Of a DNA stretch of 35,626 bases, positions 1 through 9,552 are shown piece by piece. Every line of letters starts with the position of its first letter. The stretch's first letter is position 1. The translations under genes were made by a program, and so were the position numbers. The notes below the pieces were generated by a model, which saw only the letters and a program-made list of their open reading frames with translations, made no database searches and was not told the DNA's origin. Source of the stretch: an uncultured Gammaproteobacteria bacterium (GTDB lineage Bacteria > Patescibacteriota > Microgenomatia > UBA12405); contig CAYSME010000003.1 of assembly GCA_964432085.1 (NCBI GenBank), positions 1 to 35,626 of the forward strand. Reading direction: 5' to 3'.

Positions 1-944
1 AGAGTTTAAATAAAAAATACCTTCGTATTATCAGTCTAATTTTAGGAATCGTCTTGGTGGTTTTAATCGGAATATCCAGAATTTACCTTGGAGCCCACTG
101 GCCATCAGACATTCTTGCCAGTTACACCTCAGGCTTAGCTTGGTTATCAATCATTATCACTATCACCCATATCAAAAAAAAATTCCCCAAAAAAATAATT
201 CCACCGCCAAACCTAAAACATCAAACTATTTTAAAAATTACTATTCTATTAGTGATAATTTTTTCCATTTTTGTCTATTCTTTCTATAAAAAACATCCAT
301 TAAATTCTATTTCTAATCTTCAAAATCCCAAAAAAACAATTATCAACGTTGATTTAAAACTCTTCGAAGAACTGCCTAAAATAAGTGAGTCAATAACTGG
401 TGCTCCAGCCGAACCAATAAACATCATCATCATTGCTAATCAAAATATCTTAAATAAAGCCTTCTCTAATTCTGGTTGGTTTTTACTAGATCAAATCAAC
501 GGTAAAACTATTAATAAGATAATTAACAGTTTTCTAAAAAAACAAATTTATCCTCAAACTCCAGGATTACCAGTCTTTTGGAACACCAAAGTCAATGATA
601 TCGGTTTTGGTAAACCAGACTCTAACAAACCAGCTTCCTCTCGCCATCACATTCATCTTTGGGAAACTAATTTTGCCACTTCAGACAACCAAACTATTTG
701 GGTTGGCACAGCTCATTTTGATAAAGAAATAAAAACTAAGGGATTTTTAGTTTTACCAATCCATTCAGTAGATCAATTAGTTGACAACGAAAGAGAATCA
801 ATAAAATTAAATCTGGAAGAAAATGGATTTTTAAAATCATTTGAAAAAATCAGTCTCACCGGCCTTACTTATATTTCCAAAAGCAGTGGTAATATCTTTC
901 TAACCGACGGCCAAGCCTACATTTTATATCTCCAAGATAAATAG
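1..944 (+). CDS. PAP2-family phosphatase C-terminal part fused to an LssY-like C-terminal domain (5' partial, frame open to the window edge)
   Basis: Frame 3 is open from nt 3. SRIYLGAHWPSD matches the PAP2 SRxxxxxHxxxD motif. A TM segment follows, then SSRHHIHLWET...WVGTAHFD, which resembles LssY_C. Confidence 0.6.
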   Translation, partial: SLNKKYLRIISLILGIVLVVLIGISRIYLGAHWPSDILASYTSGLAWLSIIITITHIKKKFPKKIIPPPNLKHQTILKITILLVIIFSIFVYSFYKKHPLNSISNLQNPKKTIINVDLKLFEELPKISESITGAPAEPINIIIIANQNILNKAFSNSGWFLLDQINGKTINKIINSFLKKQIYPQTPGLPVFWNTKVNDIGFGKPDSNKPASSRHHIHLWETNFATSDNQTIWVGTAHFDKEIKTKGFLVLPIHSVDQLVDNERESIKLNLEENGFLKSFEKISLTGLTYISKSSGNIFLTDGQAYILYLQDK

Positions 945-963
945 TTTATGTTAGTATGAGAAT

Positions 964-3096
964 ATGCCAGATCAAGAGCCAAATATTGTTAATATTCAAG
1001 AATCAAAAGCCCAAAAATTAACTCGTGAATACAACCAATTTCTAACCAAAAATGAAAATCTTGAAAATAATCCTACTGTTTCAATTGATGAATATGTAAC
1101 TAACAATGGCAAAAAAATTAAAAGATATAATTTAGCCGGAACCGATTTTGCCTTCTTTTCTCATACTGTCGGAATTGGTATTAATAATAATAATCTAGAA
1201 ATAAGCAATATTATTTCTAAAGAAATTAATCATTGGGACGCGAAAAAAAAAGGTGAAGCTAATAATCAAATCTCTTGTTCACTGATTACACATGATCATA
1301 TTGCTCATGCCGGTTATACCTCCACCACTCAAGTTTTATTGGCATTTAATCAAATAGAAAATGGCAACCTTCTTCTAGCCAGAGCAGGTGATATAGGAAC
1401 GAACGTTGACAAAAACAAAATTATAACCGATATGGATGAAATAAATACTTATCCACCCCAAGATATTCTTAAAACTCAAAATTACGGGTCTATGTACAAT
1501 GAAGTTGTTATTTCCAGATATCAAGGAGAAAAAGCCAGAAAACCTGATTTTATAATCGTTTTTGACGGAAAGATAAATCAGAGAATTGAACAAGCCTTAG
1601 ATTATTTTCAAATTCCTATAATAAACTTCCAAACCAATACCTATGTAGAAAATATTAATCAACAAATAATCCAAACTATCGTCGATACTAAAAAAGCCCA
1701 AACATTAGAAGAACAAAAAAAGATGTTTTCCGAAATTTCCTATTTGTCTTCAAACAAAACCAATTGGATAACTACCAGAAAAGAACTGGTTTATAATGAA
1801 CCCATAGAAAAATATATAAAACAAGAGATATTTGAATTAGAAAAATCAATCGTTAATAAACAACTTAATCAAGATAACCAAACCGCCAAAGAAACCAGTG
1901 AAAAATTTGCAACCCAATCCGATTTAAAATCTCTTCAAGAAATACGCAACCTGATGTATGAATTAGCCCAAAATACTTATTCATCATTACTTGAACAAGC
2001 TCCAGTTAATTTTTTATCAGGAGATTACGAGTTAATAGCCAAATGGCATCGAGGCTCGCATGAAATCTTATCCCAAACCTTAATTGGAAATACTCCAAAC
2101 ATTATTAAAATTTATCGACAACAAACCGATCTTATCATTTCAAAAGTTAATGAAATAACTAGTCAAGAAATTGATGAAAAAATACAAGAATTTTGGGAAT
2201 GTGCAACTGTTTCTAAACATGAAAACACTGGAGAATTTTTATTAAGTAAAGACAATTATTTTAGACATGAGATAGTTTCCGATTCTATGAACACTCAAGT
2301 TGAAAAATTCCAACATCCAGAATTAATAGATCCTTTATTTCAAATATGGTCTGCTCAAGAAAAATTGAAAAACACACTTCTACAATGTAGAGATAAAATT
2401 AAGCAACGAGAAAGACAACAACAAATTGATCAACAAATATCATTACTTGAAACAGCCTCAAATAATACTGAAGAAATGGTCTCTCTTCTTAAAGAGAACC
2501 CTATGATAGAAAATTTTAATTTTAAAGAAATAGTTTTCAAAAAAATAGAAGACCATTTAATGGATCCAAACAGAAAAAACAGTGAAATTTTACAGGATTT
2601 TCGTAATTATGATGTAGTAAGATATAATTTATTTCAAAAATATTTAGACAGTATCAACAACCAATACACACAAAAAATATTTCGGCTACTCATAAATCCA
2701 AATGAAATTACCCAAATACCTCAAAAAATACAGACATCAGATATAATTACTAGTCCAGAACGAGAAGAAGAAAAATTTAAATTTGCTATTTTTACAGACT
2801 CAGACGGCCAACGATCAATTTTTGAGATTAATCAATATTGGCCACAAAAGTTAAACAAATTAGATGATAAATCAGTTGAAATATTAGACAAAATAAATAA
2901 AAAATGGTTTTGGAGATTACGACAAAGATTGTCAAAATTTAATCAATCAGAAACTTATCAATACACCACATACATGGGGGATAAAACATTATTAGCCCAA
3001 TCTAAAAAAGATTGGTATCTAATCAATGAATCATCTGTTCAAAAAATAAATATGGCAAATTTTAATATTGAAACCGGGGAAGAAGTCCAAAGATAA
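964..3096 (+). CDS. Large orphan protein (710 aa): N-terminal globular region plus a long N/Q/K/E-rich helical region, no signal peptide
   Basis: Uninterrupted 2.1-kb ORF in AT-rich DNA. TAGTAT box 6 nt upstream of the ATG. I recognise no family motif. Confidence 0.6.
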   Translation: MPDQEPNIVNIQESKAQKLTREYNQFLTKNENLENNPTVSIDEYVTNNGKKIKRYNLAGTDFAFFSHTVGIGINNNNLEISNIISKEINHWDAKKKGEANNQISCSLITHDHIAHAGYTSTTQVLLAFNQIENGNLLLARAGDIGTNVDKNKIITDMDEINTYPPQDILKTQNYGSMYNEVVISRYQGEKARKPDFIIVFDGKINQRIEQALDYFQIPIINFQTNTYVENINQQIIQTIVDTKKAQTLEEQKKMFSEISYLSSNKTNWITTRKELVYNEPIEKYIKQEIFELEKSIVNKQLNQDNQTAKETSEKFATQSDLKSLQEIRNLMYELAQNTYSSLLEQAPVNFLSGDYELIAKWHRGSHEILSQTLIGNTPNIIKIYRQQTDLIISKVNEITSQEIDEKIQEFWECATVSKHENTGEFLLSKDNYFRHEIVSDSMNTQVEKFQHPELIDPLFQIWSAQEKLKNTLLQCRDKIKQRERQQQIDQQISLLETASNNTEEMVSLLKENPMIENFNFKEIVFKKIEDHLMDPNRKNSEILQDFRNYDVVRYNLFQKYLDSINNQYTQKIFRLLINPNEITQIPQKIQTSDIITSPEREEEKFKFAIFTDSDGQRSIFEINQYWPQKLNKLDDKSVEILDKINKKWFWRLRQRLSKFNQSETYQYTTYMGDKTLLAQSKKDWYLINESSVQKINMANFNIETGEEVQR

Positions 3097-3390
3097 ATGA
3101 ATAAAACTCAACCATCTTTAATCAGTGATCAATTGTTTAAATTTAAAGAAACTTTAGATAAAAGAAAAAAATACGTCAAAAATGAATATCAAGCCTATGG
3201 TCTCGAACTAGCCAAAGAACTAGGTGATTGGAAAAATCGTTCTCTTTATATTCGACTCTCTAAAACTATGGACCGTAAAATTTTGGAACAAGCCAGATAT
3301 TTCGTTAAAGACCAAAATCCTAACTCTATTAAAACTCCATTTAAACTCTTTATGTGGAAGCTTCGTCAAATAAAAGAAAGTAAGTTGTAA
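3097..3390 (+). CDS. Small basic hypothetical protein (97 aa), translationally coupled to the 710-aa ORF
   Basis: The ATG directly abuts the upstream TAA (agaTAAATGaat). No recognisable motif. Confidence 0.5.
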   Translation: MNKTQPSLISDQLFKFKETLDKRKKYVKNEYQAYGLELAKELGDWKNRSLYIRLSKTMDRKILEQARYFVKDQNPNSIKTPFKLFMWKLRQIKESKL

Positions 3391-3412
3391 TTGTAGTATA
3401 ATAATCCGACAT

Positions 3413-4465
3413 ATGTCGTTTTTCAAAAAAAATCTAAAGAAAATAATCATCATTGGGGTAGTTTTAATCGCCATCATTAGCGTTACTATCAAAGTAAAAT
3501 CAACCAGTAATAAAGACCAAACTTTCGATACTAAAAAAGAAACCACCATCACTCCAACAAGACAAAACATTAAAGATGAAATAATCCTAGCTGGCTCTAT
3601 AGACGCCGCTACCAAGGCCACTCTCCAATTTCAAACCAGCGGTCAATTAAATTGGGTTGGAGTCAAAGTCGGAGACAAAGTTAAAAAATACCAAGCCATC
3701 GCCAGTCTTAATAAAGATATTTTAAAAAAACAACTTCAATCTGATTTCAACACTTACCGTTCATCTTTGGCCACCTTTGAAGACACCCAAGACAAATATA
3801 AATCTCAAAAAGAAGATTCTTCTCTCACCGACGACATGAAACGTATTTTAATCAGAAGCCAAAACACTCTGGATAATTCAGTCATAAATTATGAAATTCA
3901 AGATTTAACCATTAAATACGCCACTTTAGTTTCACCTATTGCTGGTGTTGTTGTTGATGTTGAACAACCAAACAATGGTGTTAATATTACACCAAGCAAT
4001 TCCACCTTCACTATTATTGATCCAAATAGCATTTATTTTTCATCCAAAATTGACCAGGAAGACGTTCCAAAGATAAAGGTCGGAAACAAAGCCACTATCA
4101 AATTAGACAGTTTCCCCGATAAAACTTTTGAATCTGAAATTAATTACATCGCTTTTATTCCGGTTGCTGGTGAATCAAATACTGTTTATGAAATTAGATT
4201 TCAACTTCCAAAAGAAAATGATGATCTCCAATATCGCCTTGGAATGGATGGTGATACCGTCATCTCTTTAAAAGAGGTTGACAATGCTTTAACTATTCCA
4301 TCAGAAGCTCTTCATCAAGAAGAAAATCAAACCTACGTTTTAGTCAAAGAAAATAATAGTTCAAATCTAACTAAAAAATATATCAAAATTGGAATTGAAA
4401 CCGATACTTCCGTTGAAATTTTAGAAGGACTCTCTGAAAATGATCAAGTCGTCGTCTCAAAATAA
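3413..4465 (+). CDS. Efflux transporter periplasmic adaptor subunit (HlyD/MacA-like membrane fusion protein)
   Basis: N-terminal TM anchor. Lipoyl-like hairpin motifs (GQLNWVGVKVGDKVKKYQAIASL ... LVSPIAGVVVDV), a coiled-coil stretch and a beta-barrel C-terminus. Followed by an ABC ATPase and an FtsX permease. Confidence 0.75.
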   Translation: MSFFKKNLKKIIIIGVVLIAIISVTIKVKSTSNKDQTFDTKKETTITPTRQNIKDEIILAGSIDAATKATLQFQTSGQLNWVGVKVGDKVKKYQAIASLNKDILKKQLQSDFNTYRSSLATFEDTQDKYKSQKEDSSLTDDMKRILIRSQNTLDNSVINYEIQDLTIKYATLVSPIAGVVVDVEQPNNGVNITPSNSTFTIIDPNSIYFSSKIDQEDVPKIKVGNKATIKLDSFPDKTFESEINYIAFIPVAGESNTVYEIRFQLPKENDDLQYRLGMDGDTVISLKEVDNALTIPSEALHQEENQTYVLVKENNSSNLTKKYIKIGIETDTSVEILEGLSENDQVVVSK

Positions 4466-5135
4466 ATCTAAAACTATTTTGGAATTAAGAAATGTTTCCA
4501 AAAAATATTTATCCAACGATAATACTTTTTATGCTCTCAAAGATGTTTCTTTAAAAATCAACGAAGGTGATTTTGTCTCCATTACTGGTCCATCCGGCAG
4601 TGGTAAATCAACTTTAATGCACATTATTGGCTTATTAGACAATCCTTCTTCGGGCGAAGTTTTATTAAACGGCAAAGACATTTCCAAACTCCCAGAAAAA
4701 CAATTAGCTCAAATCAGAAACGTCACTCTTGGATTTGTTTTTCAACAGTTCAATCTCTTGGTCAAAACTTCATCCCTAGAAAATGTTATCTTGCCCCTGG
4801 TTTATTCCGACATTCCCCAAAAAAATCGAAACCAAATGGGCGTTAAAATGTTAACCAAAGTCGGTCTCCAAGATAAATTAAAAAATACTCCGGCTCAACT
4901 TTCAGGCGGACAGCAACAGCGCGTCGCCATTGCCCGAGCCCTAATTAATAATCCTAAAATAATCTTAGCCGATGAACCCACCGGAAATCTTGACAGCAAA
5001 TCTGGTGTTGCCATTATGGATTTTTTTCATCAATTAAACAAAGAAGGTAGAACCATTGTATTTGTCACTCACGATCAAGATTTAGCCAAGCAAGCCAAAA
5101 AAATTATTATCATTAAAGATGGTCAAATAATTTAA
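4440..5135 (+). CDS. ABC transporter ATP-binding protein (MacB/LolD-type)
   Basis: Walker [10 protein letters not shown], signature [15 protein letters not shown], Walker [13 protein letters not shown]-loop VTHD. Confidence 0.9.
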   Translation: MIKSSSQNKSKTILELRNVSKKYLSNDNTFYALKDVSLKINEGDFVSITGPSGSGKSTLMHIIGLLDNPSSGEVLLNGKDISKLPEKQLAQIRNVTLGFVFQQFNLLVKTSSLENVILPLVYSDIPQKNRNQMGVKMLTKVGLQDKLKNTPAQLSGGQQQRVAIARALINNPKIILADEPTGNLDSKSGVAIMDFFHQLNKEGRTIVFVTHDQDLAKQAKKIIIIKDGQII

Positions 5136-5136
5136 T

Positions 5137-6357
5137 ATGCTCAAACCAAGTTTAAACGAATTATTCCGTTCCAGCATTCGAGCTATTTTAAAAAACAAAA
5201 GTCGAACCATTTTAACTTCCCTTGGAATCATTATTGGTGTTACTTCAGTTATTCTTTTAACCTCAATTGGAAACGGCTTAAAAAATTATATTAATCAACA
5301 ATTTGAAAGTATGGGTTCAAACTTAGTTATGGTTATGCCAGGAAAAATGTTTGACGAAAATGGCGGTTTCAATAAAAGTGAATCTGCTATGTACATTAGC
5401 GTTTCCTTTGATAGCAAAGATATGAAAAACTTAAAAAGAGAATTTAAAAATATGCCTATTCTTCCAATAAGTATCACAACTGCCGAAGTCAAACGAGGAA
5501 CCATTATTAAAAAAAATATTACCATCGTTGGAGCTTCAGAAGACTACGGTAAATATCTTAACACCACTCCCAAACCAGAAAACGGAGCCTGGTTTACCAA
5601 AGAAGATGTCGACAAACAAAGCAGTGTTGTAATTTTAGGCAGTAAAATAGCCGAAGATCTTTTTCCAAATTCTAGTGCTCTAAATAAAAAGATAATCATC
5701 AATTCACGTGATTTTAAAGTTATAGGTATTGCTGATAAAAAAGGCAGTCTTGGTGGGGGAGGAGATGACAACTATATATATGCTCCATCAAAAACAGTTT
5801 CCAGTATGAGTGGTAATGACAATATTCAAGAAATTGTAATCAAAGCCAATAATAAAGATGAAGTCGAAAGTATAAAAAATCGGGCCAAAAAAGTTATGTT
5901 AAAAAGATATAAAGACGACAGTTTTTCTGTTTTTGATTCCAGTCAATTATTAAGCAGTATTAATTCCATTATTGGTATCTTGACTATCGGATTAAGCGGT
6001 ATTGCCGCCATTTCTCTGGTTGTCGGAGGCGTCGGTATTATGAACATAATGCTAGTTTCCGTCACTGAACGAACCAAAGAAATTGGTCTTCGTAAGGCCA
6101 TCGGTGCCTCACCAAATGCTATTTTAATTCAATTTTTAATCGAAGCTGTTATATTATCTTGTCTTGGAGGTTTGGTTGGTATTCTCCTTGGATTTTTGGG
6201 GACTTTAGCAATTAATATTGTTTTCCCGGCAAAATTAACCATTACCTCAGTTATTCTGGCTTTTGGAGTTTCCTCTGCAGTCGGTATCGTATTCGGAGTT
6301 GCCCCTGCTCGTAAAGCATCAAAATTATCTCCCATCGAAGCCCTAAGATATGAGTAA
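5137..6357 (+). CDS. ABC transporter permease, MacB/FtsX family
   Basis: N-terminal TM, a large periplasmic MacB_PCD-like region, and a C-terminal FtsX-type bundle with TERTKEIGLRKAIGA and ARKASKLSPIEALRYE. Confidence 0.85.
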   Translation: MLKPSLNELFRSSIRAILKNKSRTILTSLGIIIGVTSVILLTSIGNGLKNYINQQFESMGSNLVMVMPGKMFDENGGFNKSESAMYISVSFDSKDMKNLKREFKNMPILPISITTAEVKRGTIIKKNITIVGASEDYGKYLNTTPKPENGAWFTKEDVDKQSSVVILGSKIAEDLFPNSSALNKKIIINSRDFKVIGIADKKGSLGGGGDDNYIYAPSKTVSSMSGNDNIQEIVIKANNKDEVESIKNRAKKVMLKRYKDDSFSVFDSSQLLSSINSIIGILTIGLSGIAAISLVVGGVGIMNIMLVSVTERTKEIGLRKAIGASPNAILIQFLIEAVILSCLGGLVGILLGFLGTLAINIVFPAKLTITSVILAFGVSSAVGIVFGVAPARKASKLSPIEALRYE

Positions 6358-6378
6358 TTTTTTGATATCATTAAATAA

Positions 6379-6942
6379 GTGAAACAAAAATTACTCTTTA
6401 ATTTATTACCCACAGTTTCTATTTTTCTCATAGTTTCCATTATTTGGGTTATCTATAGCATCTCAAACATTGGCATAATTTCTCTATTAATTGGATTAAT
6501 TTTAGGACATTTTTTTCTTGATCTTGATCATATTATCTATTGGTTCTGGCGAAAACCACACACCGAAGAAAGTCGAGTTGTAAAATCCACTATTGAACGA
6601 AAAGATTTTAAGTCGTTCTTAAAACTAACCAAAGCCGCCCAAACCAGTCACAATAATCTTATTTTTCATCACTATTTTTTTCAAATCAGTCTTAATTTGA
6701 TTTCCTTTTTTATTTTTATTTCTTCAACAAATATTTTTTGCCTATCATTTCTTTTGTCTATTAACCTACATCTTCTTACCGATGAAATTAGAGACTATAT
6801 ATACCGCCCCAAATTCCTTCAAGATTGGCTTTTTGCCAGAGAAGATAAACAATTATCAATAAAATCCATAAAAAAATACCTAATAACCTTCATTGTTCTT
6901 TTCTTCATCTTCCTTTTTCTTCTTATAAAATCTAATATATAA
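6379..6942 (+). CDS. Integral membrane protein with His/Asp-rich motifs (GHFFLDLDH, HLLTDE), function unknown
   Basis: GTG-initiated ORF with several hydrophobic segments. Its stop lies 2 nt before the next ATG. Confidence 0.5.
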   Translation: MKQKLLFNLLPTVSIFLIVSIIWVIYSISNIGIISLLIGLILGHFFLDLDHIIYWFWRKPHTEESRVVKSTIERKDFKSFLKLTKAAQTSHNNLIFHHYFFQISLNLISFFIFISSTNIFCLSFLLSINLHLLTDEIRDYIYRPKFLQDWLFAREDKQLSIKSIKKYLITFIVLFFIFLFLLIKSNI

Positions 6943-6944
6943 CC

Positions 6945-7448
6945 ATGTCATCCAATCAACTTTTTACTGATGCTAAAAAATTTTTATCCACTCATCAACA
7001 AAATTTAATCTCTGACGTCGAAACCATTCTTCAAAAAGTCACCATAGATGATCACATTCACGATTATTCCTTTTTTGTTGCTCCTATTTCTAAAGCCTAT
7101 GAAGGATTTTTAAAAGACTTCTTTTTAACAATAGGAATAATTTCTGAAAACGATTATCAAAGCGATCGTTTTAGAGTTGGCAAAACCCTAAACCCTTCTC
7201 TTCGCTACAAACGCTTTTCTGTTTTTCAAAAATTATCAGACATCCATAATGACGGTGAAGAATTAGCTGAAAATCTTTGGACGGCTTGGAAATTCGGTCG
7301 AAATGAAATCTTTCATTATTTTCCTAATATCTCCAAGGATTTAACTCGAGAAGATGCCGAAGAAAGAATTAATTTGGTTTTAAAGACCATTATTCAAGCT
7401 GGAGAATTTTTAATTAAAAATAAGGACATTATTACTAAACTTAGCTAA
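6945..7448 (+). CDS. HEPN-like alpha-helical protein (RNxxxH motif)
   Basis: GRNEIFHYF matches the HEPN Rx4-6H signature in its RN...H.Y form, as seen in DUF86/HepT. The size (167 aa) and predicted helical character fit. No nucleotidyltransferase partner is adjacent. Confidence 0.45.
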   Translation: MSSNQLFTDAKKFLSTHQQNLISDVETILQKVTIDDHIHDYSFFVAPISKAYEGFLKDFFLTIGIISENDYQSDRFRVGKTLNPSLRYKRFSVFQKLSDIHNDGEELAENLWTAWKFGRNEIFHYFPNISKDLTREDAEERINLVLKTIIQAGEFLIKNKDIITKLS

Positions 7449-7508
7449 AAATATTTAAATATTAATTTGATATAGAATTTTTCAGTTTAATCTGTTATTT
7501 TAATACAT

Positions 7509-7703
7509 ATGACAAAAATCAATCTTGATCAAAACAAGTGTATTGGTTGCAACACTTGTCCTATGATGGATCCAGATCATTTTGAAATGGATACCACCAC
7601 CTATAAAGCCAAAGTTAAACAACAACCAGAAAAAATTACCGACGCTCTTAAATCCGCCGTCGAAGCTTGCCCGGTCGGTGCCATTACTATCGAAGAAAAT
7701 TAA
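7509..7703 (+). CDS. Small ferredoxin (single 4Fe-4S/3Fe-4S cluster type)
   Basis: CIGCNTCPMMDP ... ACPVGAITIEE cysteine pattern in a 64-aa protein. Confidence 0.7.
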   Translation: MTKINLDQNKCIGCNTCPMMDPDHFEMDTTTYKAKVKQQPEKITDALKSAVEACPVGAITIEEN

Positions 7704-7717
7704 TAATTTAATTTAAT

Positions 7718-8752
7718 ATGGTCAAAAATAAAAAATCAATCAAAAAAGAAATCCCAAAAGCTATAAAGGATGTCAATAAAATTTATATAAAAATTCCTCT
7801 AATTGGAGTCATAGTTTTTTTGTTGCTATTGGCTGCTACCTCTTTCATTTCTTGCTTTATTTTAATAAAAGTTAAAAGTGGCGAAAATACATCCACTGAT
7901 GCTAAATTAACCTCTGGAAATGTTTTTGATGCTGAAAATACTGATAAACCAGAATTGGATTTCTATGTTATGAGTTTTTGTCCATATGGCAACCAAATGG
8001 AAACCACTCTTAGACCTGTCTTTGATCTTCTTGGCGACAAAGTCAATCTCAAACCTCGTTACATTTTCGAAAAAATCAGTGGAGATTTAGCCACTTATTG
8101 TAAAAATAGTAACCCTGATGTTGCCAACTGTCCTACTTACGTCAAAAACAGCAATGGTCAGCTTAAAGATGTGACTGATTGTAAAAATCAAATCGCCGCC
8201 ATGATTAAAAATTGTAATGACGAAAGCAAATACCTTAAAATAGGAAATAATTTATACACTTCCCTTCATGGACGAGTTGAAGCCAATCAGGATGTTAGAG
8301 AAATCTGTGCTTACAACTTAGCCACTGACAAAAAATTATGGTGGGATTTTGTAAAAAATGTTAATGATAATTGTACTGCTCAAAATGCCGACACTTGCTG
8401 GGAAGAACAAGCCACCAAAGCCGGTCTTGATACCAACAAGATTACTGAATGTTTCAATAAAGATGCTGCTTCTTTAATCGAGGCTGAAATTGCTGATACC
8501 ACTAAAAATAGTGTCAGTGGATCTCCAACTTTAATGATTGATGGAAAAATCTTTCCTCCAGAAGTTGCCAGTAATTCCACTGATCAAAACATTAAGATTG
8601 GTAAAGAAGTTTTCAGCTTAAACGCCATTCGTACTCCAAATGTAATTAAAGCCGCCCTCTGTACTGGCTTTAATAAAGCTCCAAAAGAATGTAAAACCAC
8701 CATTGAAAACAATGCTGCAGAAAATAATGCAGCTGCCACCGGCGGTTGTTAA
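7718..8752 (+). CDS. Membrane-anchored thioredoxin-fold / DsbA-like protein with a Cys-rich insert
   Basis: N-terminal TM. FYVMSFCPYGNQ sits at the position of the CxxC motif (here CPYG). C-terminal GSPTLMIDGK is typical of the DsbA/glutaredoxin fold. Many additional Cys residues. Confidence 0.55.
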   Translation: MVKNKKSIKKEIPKAIKDVNKIYIKIPLIGVIVFLLLLAATSFISCFILIKVKSGENTSTDAKLTSGNVFDAENTDKPELDFYVMSFCPYGNQMETTLRPVFDLLGDKVNLKPRYIFEKISGDLATYCKNSNPDVANCPTYVKNSNGQLKDVTDCKNQIAAMIKNCNDESKYLKIGNNLYTSLHGRVEANQDVREICAYNLATDKKLWWDFVKNVNDNCTAQNADTCWEEQATKAGLDTNKITECFNKDAASLIEAEIADTTKNSVSGSPTLMIDGKIFPPEVASNSTDQNIKIGKEVFSLNAIRTPNVIKAALCTGFNKAPKECKTTIENNAAENNAAATGGC

Positions 8753-8770
8753 AAAATATTTAAAATATCT

Positions 8771-8800
8771 ATAGAGACGCATTATATAATGCGTCTCTAT
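8771..8800. terminator. 30-nt perfect palindrome ATAGAGACGC-ATTATATAAT-GCGTCTCTAT followed by TTGTTTTT. It is a REP-like hairpin acting as the terminator of the DsbA-like gene.
   Basis: Palindrome read directly. It shares the TAGAGACGC stem with the hairpins at 22071 and 29613. Confidence 0.6.
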
Positions 8801-8886
8801 TTGTTTTTATTGCTAAAATAAATTAAATAAAGACTTTTCTCCTTGTTAAGGAGAAATTCCGGTTTATCCGGAAAGAGGATTCATTT

Positions 8887-9429
8887 ATGAAACTTAATTC
8901 ACATCAAATCCGAAAATCCAAGGTAGGGGAGTCGGAGAAATTACAAAAAGAAATTAAACGCAATCCAATTATTCTAGTTTTAGATAATGTTTTAGACACA
9001 TACAACATTGGATCTTTCTTTAGATTAGCCGACGCTTTAGCTGTCGAAAAAGTTTGTCTTTGTGGTCCAGTAGTTACTCCACCAAATATAAAAATTCACC
9101 GTGCCTCTATTGGCACCTGGAAATGGGTTCCTTGGGAACAATATAAAAATACCAAAGATTGCATTCAGCAACTCAAAAAAGATGGCTATCAAATAGTAGC
9201 CTGTGAACAAACCAAAAATAGTGTCAACTATTTAAAAGCCAAATATAAATTTCCAATTGCCATAATTGCCGGCAGTGAATCTTTTGGAATTTCCAAAGAA
9301 GTATTAAAAACAGTTGACAAAGTAGTAGAAATACCTATGTTTGGGATAAATATATCTCTAAATGTTCTCGTTGCCACCGCCGTCATTAGTTTCGATGCTG
9401 TATCCAAACTCACAAACAAAAATGCCTAA
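8887..9429 (+). CDS. SpoU/TrmH-family RNA 2'-O-methyltransferase
   Basis: LVLDNVLDTYNIGSFFRLADA ... IIAGSESFGISKEVL ... IPMFGINISLNVLVATAV are the SpoU_methylase motifs. Confidence 0.8.
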   Translation: MKLNSHQIRKSKVGESEKLQKEIKRNPIILVLDNVLDTYNIGSFFRLADALAVEKVCLCGPVVTPPNIKIHRASIGTWKWVPWEQYKNTKDCIQQLKKDGYQIVACEQTKNSVNYLKAKYKFPIAIIAGSESFGISKEVLKTVDKVVEIPMFGINISLNVLVATAVISFDAVSKLTNKNA

Positions 9430-9445
9430 AATAAGGCATTTTTTA
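9421..9445 (+). terminator. Rho-independent terminator of the SpoU gene
   Basis: AATGCCT-aaaata-AGGCATT followed by TTTT. The stop codon lies within the 5' arm. Confidence 0.55.
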
Positions 9446-9552
9446 TATATATAAAAATACCCTAAAGATAGGAATAATTTGCTTATTGTAAAGCTAATTT
9501 TAGTTGGTACAATTAATTATTAAATAAAAGTCTCCTTTTTATCAAAGGGAAA

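Noticed and set aside
1375-6440. Antisense ORFs 1375..1593, 3220..3621, 5295..5525, 5544..5771 and 6129..6440
   Set aside because: They overlap better-supported plus-strand genes (ABC permease, adaptor, 710-aa ORF) and show no recognisable domains, so they are treated as non-coding shadows.
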